From: Nitrososphaeria archaeon
GTDB lineage: Archaea; Thermoproteota; Nitrososphaeria; JACIWG01
DNA length: 64,000 nucleotides
Assembly (NCBI GenBank): GCA_963752255.1
Contig: CAVVXT010000007.1
Span: 1-64,000, forward strand
Reading direction: 5' to 3'
Below are positions 30,955-41,028 of this stretch, piece by piece; position 1 is the first letter of the stretch; every line of letters begins with the position of its first letter. The translations under genes and the position numbers were made by a program. Below the pieces are notes generated by a model. It ran no database searches. It had not been told where the DNA came from and was given only the letters and a program-made list of their open reading frames with translations.

Positions 30955-32576
30955 AGGAAACATTCTCTGAAATATCTCCAAGTGACTTCTTCTATAGGAA
31001 CAGAGATTTAGCGGGGTTCACAAACCCTTCAAGAGCGCTTTATTCCACAGTTAGAGAGCTTGTAGAAAACTCTCTTGATGCCTGTGAGCTTGACAGTATA
31101 CCACCAGAGATTTACACGAGGATAACACAGTTCGATCCAAGAGAAACAGAAGATCCGAGAAAATATCTTGTTAGAATCCAAGACAACGGGCCAGGGGTTT
31201 CACCGGATTATGTACCAGAAGCCTTTGGTAAAGTACTATACGGTTCAAAATACAAGCTTAGGCAATCAAGGGGAATGTTCGGACTAGGTGGAACAATGGC
31301 GATACTGTATGGGCAGATAACCTCTAACAGGCCTGTAGTAATCCAGACTTCATTTGACGGAATAAAAAAGTACACATTCAGACTTATGATAGACATTGAA
31401 AAAAACAAGCCTCTGATCTTGGAGAAGAAGACGGAGGACGCCAATGGTAAAAGGGGTACTATAGTTGAACTCGTTGTGGAGGGAGACTATTTCAGGTCGA
31501 CCCAGAAGATACAGGATTACTTCAAACAGACGGCCTTAGTAGTTCCATACGCAGATATCACCTTTATAGACCCAGTTGGAAGAATATTCTACTATCTTAA
31601 GACAACAGGAGAAATGCCTCCTCCACCGAAAGAAACCTTGCCCCATCCTCACGGAATAGATGTAGAATTTATGAGAAGGATGATAAGACAAAGTAAGGAG
31701 CCGTATCTGGTTAAGTACATGTCAAAGAGGTTTCATAGGGTTGGAGAGAAGACAGCGATTAAGTTCCTGCAGTTTGCGGGCTTTGACCAGAATAGAGACC
31801 CCAAAAGTCTTTCAGACGAAGAGATAGTTAACCTCGTTACGTCTATGCACAAGTATGAAGAATTCCTCCCACCAAATGCTGACTGCCTTTCACCTCTTGG
31901 AGCAAACATTTTTTCTGCCGGGATAATAAAAGAGCTTGTGCCAGAGTTCTTTACAATAGTGATGAGACCGCCTTCGGCGTATTCTGGTTTCCCATTCATC
32001 GTCGAGCTTGCGTTAATTTATGGCGGAAAGATGTCAGACAAGGGTATAAAGCTGTATAGGTTTGCGAACAGGATACCCTTGCTATATGATGAAGCATCAG
32101 ACGTTTCTTGGAAGGTGATCAACGAGGAAATAGATTGGAAAAGATACAAGATACCTCAAGAAGCGCCGATTGCAGTTGTGGTCAACATAAGCTCGACAAG
32201 AATCCCATACAAAACCGTTGGCAAAGAATATCTGGCCGATAGACCAGAACTTGAGAAGGAACTTAAGAACGCGTTAAGAGAGACGTTAAGGAAGCTCTCA
32301 GCATACCTCTCAAGAAGAACATCAGAAGAGCATGAAAAAAGAAAGACGAACCTATACATGAAGTACCTGCCATTAATCGCAAACTTTTCAAGAGAACTAG
32401 CAAATAAGGAGAAGCTTCCAAACTATAAAAGGCTTCTAAAGGAGGGACAGGGTGAAATAGCAGTTGAAAAGGAGGCTGAAAAGATAGTTGAAAAAGAAGT
32501 AGCTGAAGAGGATAATGAGAAAGTTGAAGTTATAAAAGGGGGTCAGAAAAAAATTGAAGAATTCACCGTCGACTAG
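30951..32576 (+). CDS. top6B: DNA topoisomerase VI subunit B
   Basis: ELVENSLDA, QDNGPG, QSRGMFGLG, RFANRIPL. Confidence 0.96.
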   Translation: MKETFSEISPSDFFYRNRDLAGFTNPSRALYSTVRELVENSLDACELDSIPPEIYTRITQFDPRETEDPRKYLVRIQDNGPGVSPDYVPEAFGKVLYGSKYKLRQSRGMFGLGGTMAILYGQITSNRPVVIQTSFDGIKKYTFRLMIDIEKNKPLILEKKTEDANGKRGTIVELVVEGDYFRSTQKIQDYFKQTALVVPYADITFIDPVGRIFYYLKTTGEMPPPPKETLPHPHGIDVEFMRRMIRQSKEPYLVKYMSKRFHRVGEKTAIKFLQFAGFDQNRDPKSLSDEEIVNLVTSMHKYEEFLPPNADCLSPLGANIFSAGIIKELVPEFFTIVMRPPSAYSGFPFIVELALIYGGKMSDKGIKLYRFANRIPLLYDEASDVSWKVINEEIDWKRYKIPQEAPIAVVVNISSTRIPYKTVGKEYLADRPELEKELKNALRETLRKLSAYLSRRTSEEHEKRKTNLYMKYLPLIANFSRELANKEKLPNYKRLLKEGQGEIAVEKEAEKIVEKEVAEEDNEKVEVIKGGQKKIEEFTVD

Positions 32577-33636
32577 AAAAAAGGAAGTTAAAGAGCTTCT
32601 TGAAAGGTTGGGAGAGAAGATATATCAGCAGATAGAACAAGGAAATTTTCCGGAAGTAGAAATGCCGAGCAGATCCGTTAAGAACATCGTCTATGACAAG
32701 GAACTCAAACAGTATGTTGTAGGAGGGAATATGGTTAAGAGAAATGCGAAGAACATCAAACACCTAAGACCATTCACACAGACTATATGGCTAGCCTTCT
32801 TTGTAAATAAGCTGATAAACGAAGGAAAGACGTCAACTCTGAGGGATGTCTACTATTCCGCGCAGGCGTTTAATATCGAGTTCACGGACCAAGCAGAATC
32901 CGATGAAATAATAACCGACTTGGAAGCGTTACTGAGAAAGGCAAGGGAAGAGTACAACGTCTATCCAGAAGAGAGAAGTGCGATATACGGCGATCTGACA
33001 ATAACGTACACGGTTCCAGGACACGAGGGGAAAAAGCTTAACTTAGCATCACACCCGGACGGCTATCTTATAGGATCCAGCCTGAGCACAGCGGAGTTCA
33101 CTAAAACTTCAGCAAAGCTTGTATTCGCGGTAGAAAAGGGAGGACTATTTACAAGGTTCGTGGAAAACAATGTCCACGAAAAATATAGAGCGCTTATAGT
33201 CGATACAGCAGGGCAGCCACCGAGATCAACAAGGTACTTCTTGAAACGACTAAACCAAGAACTGGGGCTGCCGGTCTATGTTTTAACAGACGCAGACCCT
33301 TACGGAATGCATATCTTTATGGTCATAGCATCAGGCTCAGCCAACGCGGCACATCTTACAGAGCTAACCGTGCCAACAGCGAAATGGCTAGGTGTAACGG
33401 CAACGGACATAGAAACATACAAGCTGCCATATGTGAAGCTTAAAGACGAAGATGTGAAGAGAGCCTACGAACTTAAAAATGACCCGAGGTACAAGGATGC
33501 AAGGTTCCAGAAGGAACTTGATGTATTCATAAAAAAGCAGAAGAAGGCAGAGCTGGAAGCGTTTGCAAAATACTCTCTAGATTACATTGTAGAAAAGTAT
33601 CTTCCAGACAAACTTAAAGAAATCAACAGTAAGTAG
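32554..33636 (+). CDS. top6A: DNA topoisomerase VI subunit A
   Basis: TLRDVYY, VEKGG, GQP, TDADPYG, KAELEA. Confidence 0.96.
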   Translation: MKNSPSTRKKEVKELLERLGEKIYQQIEQGNFPEVEMPSRSVKNIVYDKELKQYVVGGNMVKRNAKNIKHLRPFTQTIWLAFFVNKLINEGKTSTLRDVYYSAQAFNIEFTDQAESDEIITDLEALLRKAREEYNVYPEERSAIYGDLTITYTVPGHEGKKLNLASHPDGYLIGSSLSTAEFTKTSAKLVFAVEKGGLFTRFVENNVHEKYRALIVDTAGQPPRSTRYFLKRLNQELGLPVYVLTDADPYGMHIFMVIASGSANAAHLTELTVPTAKWLGVTATDIETYKLPYVKLKDEDVKRAYELKNDPRYKDARFQKELDVFIKKQKKAELEAFAKYSLDYIVEKYLPDKLKEINSK

Positions 33637-33667
33637 AAAAAGTTATATCCATATCACTAAACCAAGA

Positions 33668-33871
33668 GTGAGCATGAACGACCAAAACATAGATACAAGG
33701 CTTAACTTTATAACAAAGATCATCGGCATAGTTTTTTTAATAATTGGATTATTTATGGAGTTTATGATAGCTACAACATCACTCTATCCACCATTAGCAG
33801 GAATGTTCCAGATACTCGCTATTATAATGATAGTCGTTGGAGCGGTATCACTTATAGCTAAGATAAGCTGA
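33668..33871 (+). CDS. Small two-TM membrane protein
   Basis: Two hydrophobic helices; upstream TATA-like ttatat. Confidence 0.7.
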   Translation: MSMNDQNIDTRLNFITKIIGIVFLIIGLFMEFMIATTSLYPPLAGMFQILAIIMIVVGAVSLIAKIS

Positions 33872-33916
33872 AAAGGTCAAAAGTTATATATTGAGAAGTA
33901 CGACCTCCAAAAACGT

Positions 33917-33990
33917 GCCGCTGTAGCTTAACCCGGTAAAGCGGCTGGCTGTTAACCAGTAGAGTGGAGGTTCAAATCCTCCCAGCGGCG
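33917..33990 (+). tRNA. tRNA-Asn(GTT)
   Basis: GCCGCTG/CAGCGGC acceptor, GCTGG-CTGTTAA-CCAGT, TTCAAAT loop. Confidence 0.95.
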
Positions 33991-34042
33991 CACCAAATTT
34001 AGTGCACATCCATTATATGCCAAGACGTGCTATGTCATATCG

Positions 34043-34264
34043 ATGAGAGTTAGGAAGGTGGACAAGCTTCTTGAAGATGGGAATGTCCGTAGATGATTTG
34101 AGAATGTAAGAAGGGGAAGCCTGATCAGCTCAGAGAACATGCTACGCTCTTTGAACCTATTCTGTGAGCGGAACTCCGTTACTCCAAATGAGCTTATTGG
34201 AATGCAGAAAAAGCGAATTGAGGACCTGCGTCATTACAATACGATACAGGGCCTTCAGTGCTAA
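34043..34264 (+). pseudogene. Archaeal tyrosine integrase N-terminal remnant
   Basis: MRVRKVDKLLEDGNVRR*FENVRRGSLISSENMLRSLNLFCERNSVTPNELI; in-frame TGA at 34094, truncated, ~50 bp after tRNA-Asn. Family recalled, not searched. Confidence 0.65.
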
Positions 34265-34525
34265 AACCAAGTATTTGCTTTTGTGCCCCCCTTTGAGCCC
34301 TAGCATTCACCAAAAAGTCTATAGATTTTAGTAATTTTTTACCACTTCAATATTCTTTTATCCTATTATTATCATTTTATCAATAATTTTATTATTATTT
34401 TTTTCCAAAGATTTTTACAAAATAAAAAGCAAGCTAGGAAGAACATTTCTCTAATCTTCAAGGTGTTATTAAGGTAAGAAAGGTCCAAATGGCCAACCTC
34501 CTTGAAAACAGAAGATATAAGGATG

Positions 34526-34632
34526 TGGGCCCAATGGGATTTGAACCCACGGCTGACCGGTGTCTCAAGGGAGTTTAGATATGTTATGCCCTATATGAGC
34601 CGGTCACTCTGACCAAACTGAGTTATGGGCCC
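34526..34632 (-). tRNA. tRNA with CAT anticodon, probably tRNA-Ile2, 32-nt canonical intron (34562-34593)
   Basis: GGGCCCA/TGGGCCC acceptor (Ile-like), ACCGG-CTCATA^A-CCGGT, BHB CTCA-TAT-AGGG...CCCT-TGAG-ACA. Confidence 0.9.
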
Positions 34633-34742
34633 ATTTTTATATAGGTCTGTACTTTAGGGCTGTTTAAATAATTTTTGTTTTGGACATAAAGTAACTTATT
34701 TAACCGGAAACGGGAATGCAATAAAAAAAAGTAGGTTTTCTC

Positions 34743-35513
34743 TTATACTCCCTTCTTTAGTTCATTAAGCCATTCTTTTGCAGCGTTCACCATAATCGCA
34801 AGTTCGCCTGAGCAGTCTATCATCTTGAAACCCTGCTTTATCCTCTTTACCGCTGTCTTCGGGTCGTCAGTCCAGATTCCTCCCGGTTTGTCAGCCTGCT
34901 TAGAAGCCCTCAAAACTGCATCAATTGCGCTCTTGAACTTTTCACTTTCAAAATCTCCTGGACAACCAAGAGACCAGGATAAATCGTACGGGCCAATAAA
35001 GAAGGCGTCGATACCATCTATCAACAGCATGTCTTTTATGTTCTTTATCGCCTGTTCTGTTTCGATCTGGATAATGGTCACAATGCTATCATTAGCTCTT
35101 TTACCATATGTGGGGTCAAAACCGTAGGCAGATGCTCTCCTAGGGCCGAAACCTCTAATGCCCTTCGGGGGATATCTGCAGGCTTTAACAGCTTTCTCCG
35201 CTTCTTCAACTGTGTTTACCCAAGGCACAACGACACCTTCAGAACCGACGTCTAGAGCCAATTTTATGAGAACCGGGTCGTTCCATGCTACACGCACAAG
35301 GGGGGAAGTAGTGCTACTGCTCATAGGCTGAATAAGTTTCTGTACTATTCCCGCGTTCAGAGGAGAGTGTTCCGTGTCAAATACGAACCAGTCAAAACCA
35401 ACTCTAGAAAGAGCGTCGACGACGTCGGAATCGGTCAATGTTATCCAAGTGCCAAAATTTACTTTTTGCTCAGCCAGAATCTTCTTCATTCTATTAGAAA
35501 CAAATTCGGGCAT
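34743..35513 (-). CDS. HpcH/HpaI aldolase family protein
   Basis: FDTEH, PLVRV, YPPKGIRG, QIET, FIGPYDLS. Confidence 0.93.
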   Translation of the reverse strand: MPEFVSNRMKKILAEQKVNFGTWITLTDSDVVDALSRVGFDWFVFDTEHSPLNAGIVQKLIQPMSSSTTSPLVRVAWNDPVLIKLALDVGSEGVVVPWVNTVEEAEKAVKACRYPPKGIRGFGPRRASAYGFDPTYGKRANDSIVTIIQIETEQAIKNIKDMLLIDGIDAFFIGPYDLSWSLGCPGDFESEKFKSAIDAVLRASKQADKPGGIWTDDPKTAVKRIKQGFKMIDCSGELAIMVNAAKEWLNELKKGV

Positions 35514-35608
35514 ATTCCCTCAATTATGTGTTTGAAGTGCAGGGTATAAAGTCTTCGACCTAAAACTATATGGTTCAATAAATAGTTTAAAATCTTGTTA
35601 TGAATTCC

Positions 35609-36634
35609 TTATAAGTTTGTAAATGTTGTTTTGGACAGTATTGTCTTCCCCTGCTCAGCGATTATCCTATTAACCCTCTCTATCGTGACGCCGGTCGTTG
35701 TCCCTATCTCCCCAACGCATGCAGCGCCAGCAGCTTGCGCGAACAGCAGGATCTCAGCAGCTTCCTGCACGTTCAGATCCTCCAGCTTTCTTCCGGCTTC
35801 TATAATATCGAGAAGCTTCCTTGCGGTTCCAGCGCACATAGAGTCCCCAGCACCTGTAGGATCGATGGCCTCAACGTTAAACGCCGGTTGTTTGATGAAC
35901 CTGTTCTTAAATAGCACAGTTGAACCGTACTTTCCGTCACTTACAATCGTAAACTTGACCCCTCTATCAGCAGCCCACCTAAGGCCGTCTAGTGGATCGG
36001 ACTGGCCTGTTATACCTTGAAGTTCCTGAACATTACTATGTAAAATGTCAACGTAAGGCAGTGCAGGATGGCTGTAGCTCCACTCTTTCCCATAGGGTCT
36101 AGCCAAATCTAGAATAGTGCGGATATTATTGTTAAAGCAGTACTTAAGAAGATCTTTGAGCCTGAAGTCAAAGTTGCCCAGTATACCGGATGCGACGTAA
36201 AGTATTTTGGGCTCAGATTTTTTGACCACACGCATTACATATTCGAAGTCTAAGAACAGATTGGCACCCAACATTCCAACATTAGCTTTATCCTCGCCTT
36301 TTTTTACAAGGAGTATCGATATGCCCGTCGGTGCATTTTCTACGCGTTGGAGTCTTCCAACTACACCCCTAGATCTCAGGAAATCTTGTACAAAATCGCC
36401 TAACATATCTCTGCCTGCTGCTAAGGCAACTCTAACATCGCCCTTCTTAAGGTTCAGCTGTTTTAAATCCACTGAAACATTGGCAGGATGTCCACCGAGA
36501 GAGATTTTGATTCCTTGAGGAGTTGTAATCGCTTCCCCCGGTCCTGGGATCTTAGGCAGCTCGGGGGCCAATATGTCCACGAAGACAAACCCGCACGTTA
36601 ATATCTTAGCCAACAAAATCACTACATGATTCAA
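35609..36634 (-). CDS. PfkB family carbohydrate kinase
   Basis: GGHPANVS and DPTGAGDS. Confidence 0.9.
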   Translation of the reverse strand: MNHVVILLAKILTCGFVFVDILAPELPKIPGPGEAITTPQGIKISLGGHPANVSVDLKQLNLKKGDVRVALAAGRDMLGDFVQDFLRSRGVVGRLQRVENAPTGISILLVKKGEDKANVGMLGANLFLDFEYVMRVVKKSEPKILYVASGILGNFDFRLKDLLKYCFNNNIRTILDLARPYGKEWSYSHPALPYVDILHSNVQELQGITGQSDPLDGLRWAADRGVKFTIVSDGKYGSTVLFKNRFIKQPAFNVEAIDPTGAGDSMCAGTARKLLDIIEAGRKLEDLNVQEAAEILLFAQAAGAACVGEIGTTTGVTIERVNRIIAEQGKTILSKTTFTNL

Positions 36635-36670
36635 TTTATAAAATGCATATTTAAATCTTGTTTCAGAAGA

Positions 36671-37915
36671 CTATTCTTCTAGGATCATCCCTTCAAACAG
36701 GTGCTCCATAAGTAGCCGCATGTTTTCCTCCGTTATCTTTCTTGGATTGAATGTTGGCAGCCCATAAATGTACTGCCGCTCATTGACTATATAGTCAGAG
36801 AACTCGGGGAGCTCATTCTTAGGAACACTAAACTCCTTTAGTGTCAAAGGCAAGTCTAGATCTTTCATTAGAGTTACTACCTCACGTATGGCGGCCTTTG
36901 CCGCTTCCCTAGTGGAAAGCGCATGGACATCTGCACCCGTCATCCAAGAAAATCTGGCAATCTTCTCAAAACATGCTGGAAGGTTAAATCCTAAAACATA
37001 TGGCAGGGTCATCCCACACGCGGCACCATGTGGTATATTCCATCTAGGCCCAGCCGCTTCAGCTATGCAGTGACCTAGGATTGCCGGCCCACCGATCCAG
37101 GTGTAACCTATTACAATCCCTCCAAGCATAGACGCACATGACATACCCCATCGAGCTTCAAGATCCTTACCATTGTGGTAAGCACGTCTCGCGTACTTGA
37201 ATATAAGTCTAACAGCTTCAAGAGCCTGGCTATCTGAAATCGGATTAGAATAGTTGCTGATTAATGCTTCAACACAATGGCTTAGTGCATCCATGGCACT
37301 GCCAGCCGTCTGTTTTTGAGGACAACTCATCGCCATAAGCGGATCCACTATTGCGGTTTCAGCGTAGAGGCTTGGACTTGCAGCCCAAGTCTTGTACACG
37401 CCTTCAATAATCACCGAATATGGAGACACCTCGCTCCCCGTTCCTGAAGTCGTCGGTATCAAAATTTTTGCTTTGGGTGGGAACTTTATCATATCCTGCG
37501 CCGGATTAACATATGTCATCAGATCGTCTGGATTAGTTAGGCATGTAGCGACCATCTTTGCTGTGTCCATCACCGCCCCTCCGCCTAGGCCTACCACTGC
37601 ATCATACTTTCCCTCTCTCCCGAATGCGACAGCCTTTCTTACGCTGTCAGAATCTGGCTCGCTAGCAATATCGTCATAGACATCGACACCAACACTTTCT
37701 CTCTTTATTAGGTCAACAACCTTGCCAACTATGCCCACTTTCTGTATTCCTTTATCTGTAATTAATCCAACTCTCTGACCAAAGCGTTTGACTTCAGGTC
37801 CTATAAAAGATTCGACAGACCCAGTACCAAATATAACCTTCTTTGCACCCTGATATTCTGATATTCGAGCCAGAGGCAGATTTGTTTCAAAAGATCTTAA
37901 ACTCAAATCATACAC
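36671..37915 (-). CDS. Iron-containing alcohol dehydrogenase
   Basis: GLGGGAVMDTAK, PTTSGTGSE, DALSHCVE, IPHG. Confidence 0.93.
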   Translation of the reverse strand: MYDLSLRSFETNLPLARISEYQGAKKVIFGTGSVESFIGPEVKRFGQRVGLITDKGIQKVGIVGKVVDLIKRESVGVDVYDDIASEPDSDSVRKAVAFGREGKYDAVVGLGGGAVMDTAKMVATCLTNPDDLMTYVNPAQDMIKFPPKAKILIPTTSGTGSEVSPYSVIIEGVYKTWAASPSLYAETAIVDPLMAMSCPQKQTAGSAMDALSHCVEALISNYSNPISDSQALEAVRLIFKYARRAYHNGKDLEARWGMSCASMLGGIVIGYTWIGGPAILGHCIAEAAGPRWNIPHGAACGMTLPYVLGFNLPACFEKIARFSWMTGADVHALSTREAAKAAIREVVTLMKDLDLPLTLKEFSVPKNELPEFSDYIVNERQYIYGLPTFNPRKITEENMRLLMEHLFEGMILEE

Positions 37916-38269
37916 CTTAAGTATACTATCAAGCCATGCTTTTAATAATTTTTAATCTAACAGAAGAACATCGTGTCCATACCTTTAGAATCAAACGGTG
38001 CCAAACAGTCCCCACCATTGAGGGTTAATTGAACTATAGTGCAAAGTAACCAATCATGTGCTTTTAAAAAAGAAGAATAGGTAGATATGTTAAATAATTA
38101 AGAAAGGTGATAGCCGAAACCCTGATGATTTAAGATATGTTGACCATAGCACCACGTACAACCAAAGAAAGGCTGTTTGTTTCGTTCACAAATTATCAGA
38201 GCGATATATGTGATCCGACTCATTTCCTTCTTTCATAATGAAGATAAAGATTTTAGCGTATGGTTTATG

Positions 38270-38293
38270 GTGCTCCGGCCGGGATTTAAACCC
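38270..38293 (-). repeat. att site: duplicated tRNA-Glu 3' end
   Basis: 23 of 24 bases match 50450-50473. Confidence 0.88.
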
Positions 38294-38500
38294 TAATTTA
38301 CTAGTAAATTATTAGGAGGATAACTGCTTTCGAATTCGGTGGGATTTGAACTAATTTGGGTTTAAGTCTGCATCGTTATACAACTGTACTCCATAAATTC
38401 GTTGAATATGTCGCAGGCTCTATAAATGTTTTAAATTTTTGGATATTTAGAAAGGTTTAAAACCGTCCAATCATTCAATCAGATTTAAAATGGTGACCGT

Positions 38501-38908
38501 TTGAAAAGGACAATTGCATTAGTTGCACATGATAATAAAAAAAATGATTTAGTGGAGTGGGTTGAATATAACAAAGGGACATTAACCCCCCATAATTTAT
38601 ATGCAACTGGACAAACCGGAAGAAAGATAATCGAGAACACAGGGTTAGAAATAAATCTCCTCAAGGATGGCTCTAGAGGAGGAGACATGGAAATTGGCGC
38701 TCTAATAGCAAACGGGAAATTAGATTACCTGATCTTCTTTTGGGATCCTTTGGAATCTCTTCCCCATGATGTGGACGTTAAAGCACTTCTTAGGATAGCT
38801 GTTCTATATAATATACCCACTGCATGTAATAGGGCAACAGCCGATTTGATAATTTCAAGCCCACTATTTAAGAGCGAAGAATATATGCCAAAAAAGGCGA
38901 CAGAATAA
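38501..38908 (+). CDS. mgsA: Methylglyoxal synthase
   Basis: IALVAHDNKK, ATGQTG, GGDMEIGA, FFWDPL, PHDVDVKALLR, ACNRATAD. Confidence 0.95.
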   Translation: MKRTIALVAHDNKKNDLVEWVEYNKGTLTPHNLYATGQTGRKIIENTGLEINLLKDGSRGGDMEIGALIANGKLDYLIFFWDPLESLPHDVDVKALLRIAVLYNIPTACNRATADLIISSPLFKSEEYMPKKATE

Positions 38909-39241
38909 AAATTAATTTAACGATCCCAAGTCTTTTAGTTTTAATCCTAGAGTGCCCTTCAATATCATATCTTATCTCCAATCACTCTCTAGGAAGACAT
39001 TACACAGATTATAGCTCCACAAAGACTAAAAGGGATATAAGATAAAGCTGAGCTAAAAATATTAATTATTGATTAGGTTAGATAGTCTATTCATATACTC
39101 GGAAGCATATTAAAGAAATAGCCATAAGATTCAATTTTAATCTTTATGAAATATCTATTTCCCTTTACTAATAATGTTACCAGTTCAAATTCTTGATCTC
39201 TTTTTTTTAATTGTATATTTCCAGAAAATAGTCCAAACCTT

Positions 39242-39676
39242 TTAACTTCGATTTATTGCACTTTCGTCCACATATATTCTTTTTCTGCATTCGGGACAGA
39301 ATTTTTGCTTGAATCCTCTTCTCCGTAAAGGTTTGAACAGTTTTCTGCAAACACTGCATTCGACCTGATTAGCACTAGGAGATTTAATTATCTTCAATCT
39401 TCTTCCAATTTCAGCTTTAGTTTCAACATCAATCTCAGCCTCAAGCGCATCAGTCAACAGTTGACTAGCCAGTTCTACGCTTTTGTCTCCAAAAAGTTTC
39501 ACAAAAACACTATGCTTATCCGAGCCTATTTGCGCTGGCAACATGCAAACAAAGTTTGAGGGATACTTTTCAGGCCTATCCAAATCAACTACTGCACAGC
39601 GATAGCGTTGCGCCAAAGAAGTTCCACTTGCTCCTTTCATCTTGAATATTTTCAGCTTAACATTCATGTCCATCAA
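39242..39676 (-). CDS. Hypothetical protein with C-terminal Zn ribbon
   Basis: CSVC...CPEC; YPSNFVCMLP. Confidence 0.75.
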   Translation of the reverse strand: MMDMNVKLKIFKMKGASGTSLAQRYRCAVVDLDRPEKYPSNFVCMLPAQIGSDKHSVFVKLFGDKSVELASQLLTDALEAEIDVETKAEIGRRLKIIKSPSANQVECSVCRKLFKPLRRRGFKQKFCPECRKRIYVDESAINRS

Positions 39677-39875
39677 CTAGTTTTTTATGATATAAGATAG
39701 GAAGAGCTAGGATCACAACTAAGATTAGTTAGCTGTTTCTATAGCTTCTCAGTTGTCTAAGCCATTGATAGCTTATGCTCTTAGTGAGATAGCCTCCTTT
39801 AACGGTGTAAAATCTGTTAGGACACATATCTATCAGTTTTTAATAGTGGTCCTCCTATTTAAAGAAGCCCTTATT

Positions 39876-39953
39876 CTTCAATCAAATAGAGATTTCTTAA
39901 TTTCTATGCCCTTGATCTTGATATAGAGTTCGTCTGCTCTCCATGTGTCGCCA
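39876..39953 (-). pseudogene. IS6-family transposase fragment
   Basis: Translates to IGDTWRADELYIKIKG, nearly the same as VGDTWRADELYVKIKG in the transposase at 44815. Confidence 0.8.
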
Positions 39954-40020
39954 ATAATGCATTTTTATTCTCTTACGCCCATGAAGACAAAACTGAGGAA
40001 CGGATTCTGAGAACTGTTCT

Positions 40021-40299
40021 CTATCTTCTGATTGATGCAATTATCTTCCCGTTCGCATTGTCTCTCACGTTTATCTGCTGGGGGTGCACCTCAAAGTTGA
40101 CATAGCTTAGACAGTCCATAGATTCTTGACTTACCTCTCCATCTGGGCTTCCTGTCGCACCTATTGCAATCAGAACTTTAGAAGCACGCCTGCTCTTTGG
40201 CACACCATTCTTCGAAAGGTATCTTACTACTTCTCTCCTCGTGTAGAACTTCACTCTTTGTTCACACTGTTCGTTGGATGACATACCATTTCCTAACAT
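40021..40299 (-). CDS. Hypothetical protein
   Basis: 92-aa ORF with upstream TATA-like element; no motif recognised. Confidence 0.55.
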   Translation of the reverse strand: MLGNGMSSNEQCEQRVKFYTRREVVRYLSKNGVPKSRRASKVLIAIGATGSPDGEVSQESMDCLSYVNFEVHPQQINVRDNANGKIIASIRR

Positions 40300-40336
40300 T
40301 TATCGAGTGGAGTACTATATAAAGGAAGCTCGGTCT

Positions 40337-40388
40337 GGTTCTGTTAACTTATCGGCTCGTCAATCTTGGTGTTAACCGTCGGCTCATG
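40337..40388 (+). repeat. Left terminal inverted repeat (52 bp)
   Basis: ggttctgttaacttatcggctcgtcaatcttggtgttaaccgtcggctcatg. Confidence 0.95.
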
Positions 40389-40404
40389 TCATTTTGTCGG
40401 AGGG

Positions 40405-40815
40405 CTAACCATGAATGTCTTTCAATCTTGTCTTTAGCAATATTTTCTTTCCATCCTTGAAAACAATCTTAGCGTTGTCATCTTCCTTTCCAGCGGGTAT
40501 TCGATATAATCCTGTTCCGTTTTCAAGGATATACTTGGCATGCTCCCTGTTGTTTTCACAAAGGAGACTTTCTCCATTGTAAAGGACAATAAAATCTGCG
40601 ATTGCCTTAGTCGGGCGAACTTCTATCGCTTTGTTACTTGCAATAGGTTCTGTAACTATCGACTTCCTTATGGTAGGATTAATCAGAATTTTCTCTTTCT
40701 GTTTCTCCCTTCTCATTTTTATAGTCTCAAAAATTATGCCTACCCAAATCCCAATAGCTGTAATAATACTTGCTATAATCCCAATAGATGTAAGGTCAAG
40801 ACTTACCATAGGCAC
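40405..40815 (-). CDS. Hypothetical protein with N-terminal TM helix (cargo)
   Basis: One hydrophobic helix followed by a beta-rich soluble part. Confidence 0.7.
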   Translation of the reverse strand: MPMVSLDLTSIGIIASIITAIGIWVGIIFETIKMRREKQKEKILINPTIRKSIVTEPIASNKAIEVRPTKAIADFIVLYNGESLLCENNREHAKYILENGTGLYRIPAGKEDDNAKIVFKDGKKILLKTRLKDIHG

Positions 40816-41028
40816 ACCTAATTAAGATACAGAACCCAATGGTTAAAAGGCTTAACTCACACACAAATTTTATATTACGGCTTACCAATTAATATTTGAA
40901 CAATTTGGAAAAAAAAGAAGTTGAACCCCCAGATAAAGAAGTAAAAGAGGTCAAACTCCCAGATAAAGAAGTCAATTTAATGATTCCGCACTTATTCGAT
41001 TGAGTTTTTCCTTCTAATGCTTAAATAT

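Noticed and set aside
39161-39191. Fifth copy of the palindromic att box (ctaataatgttaccagttcaaatt)
   Set aside because: Needs gaps to align and has no adjacent tRNA fragment.
39720-39843. Possible Lrp/AsnC C-terminal remnant (EIASFNGVKSVRTHI)
   Set aside because: Similarity too weak to support by eye.
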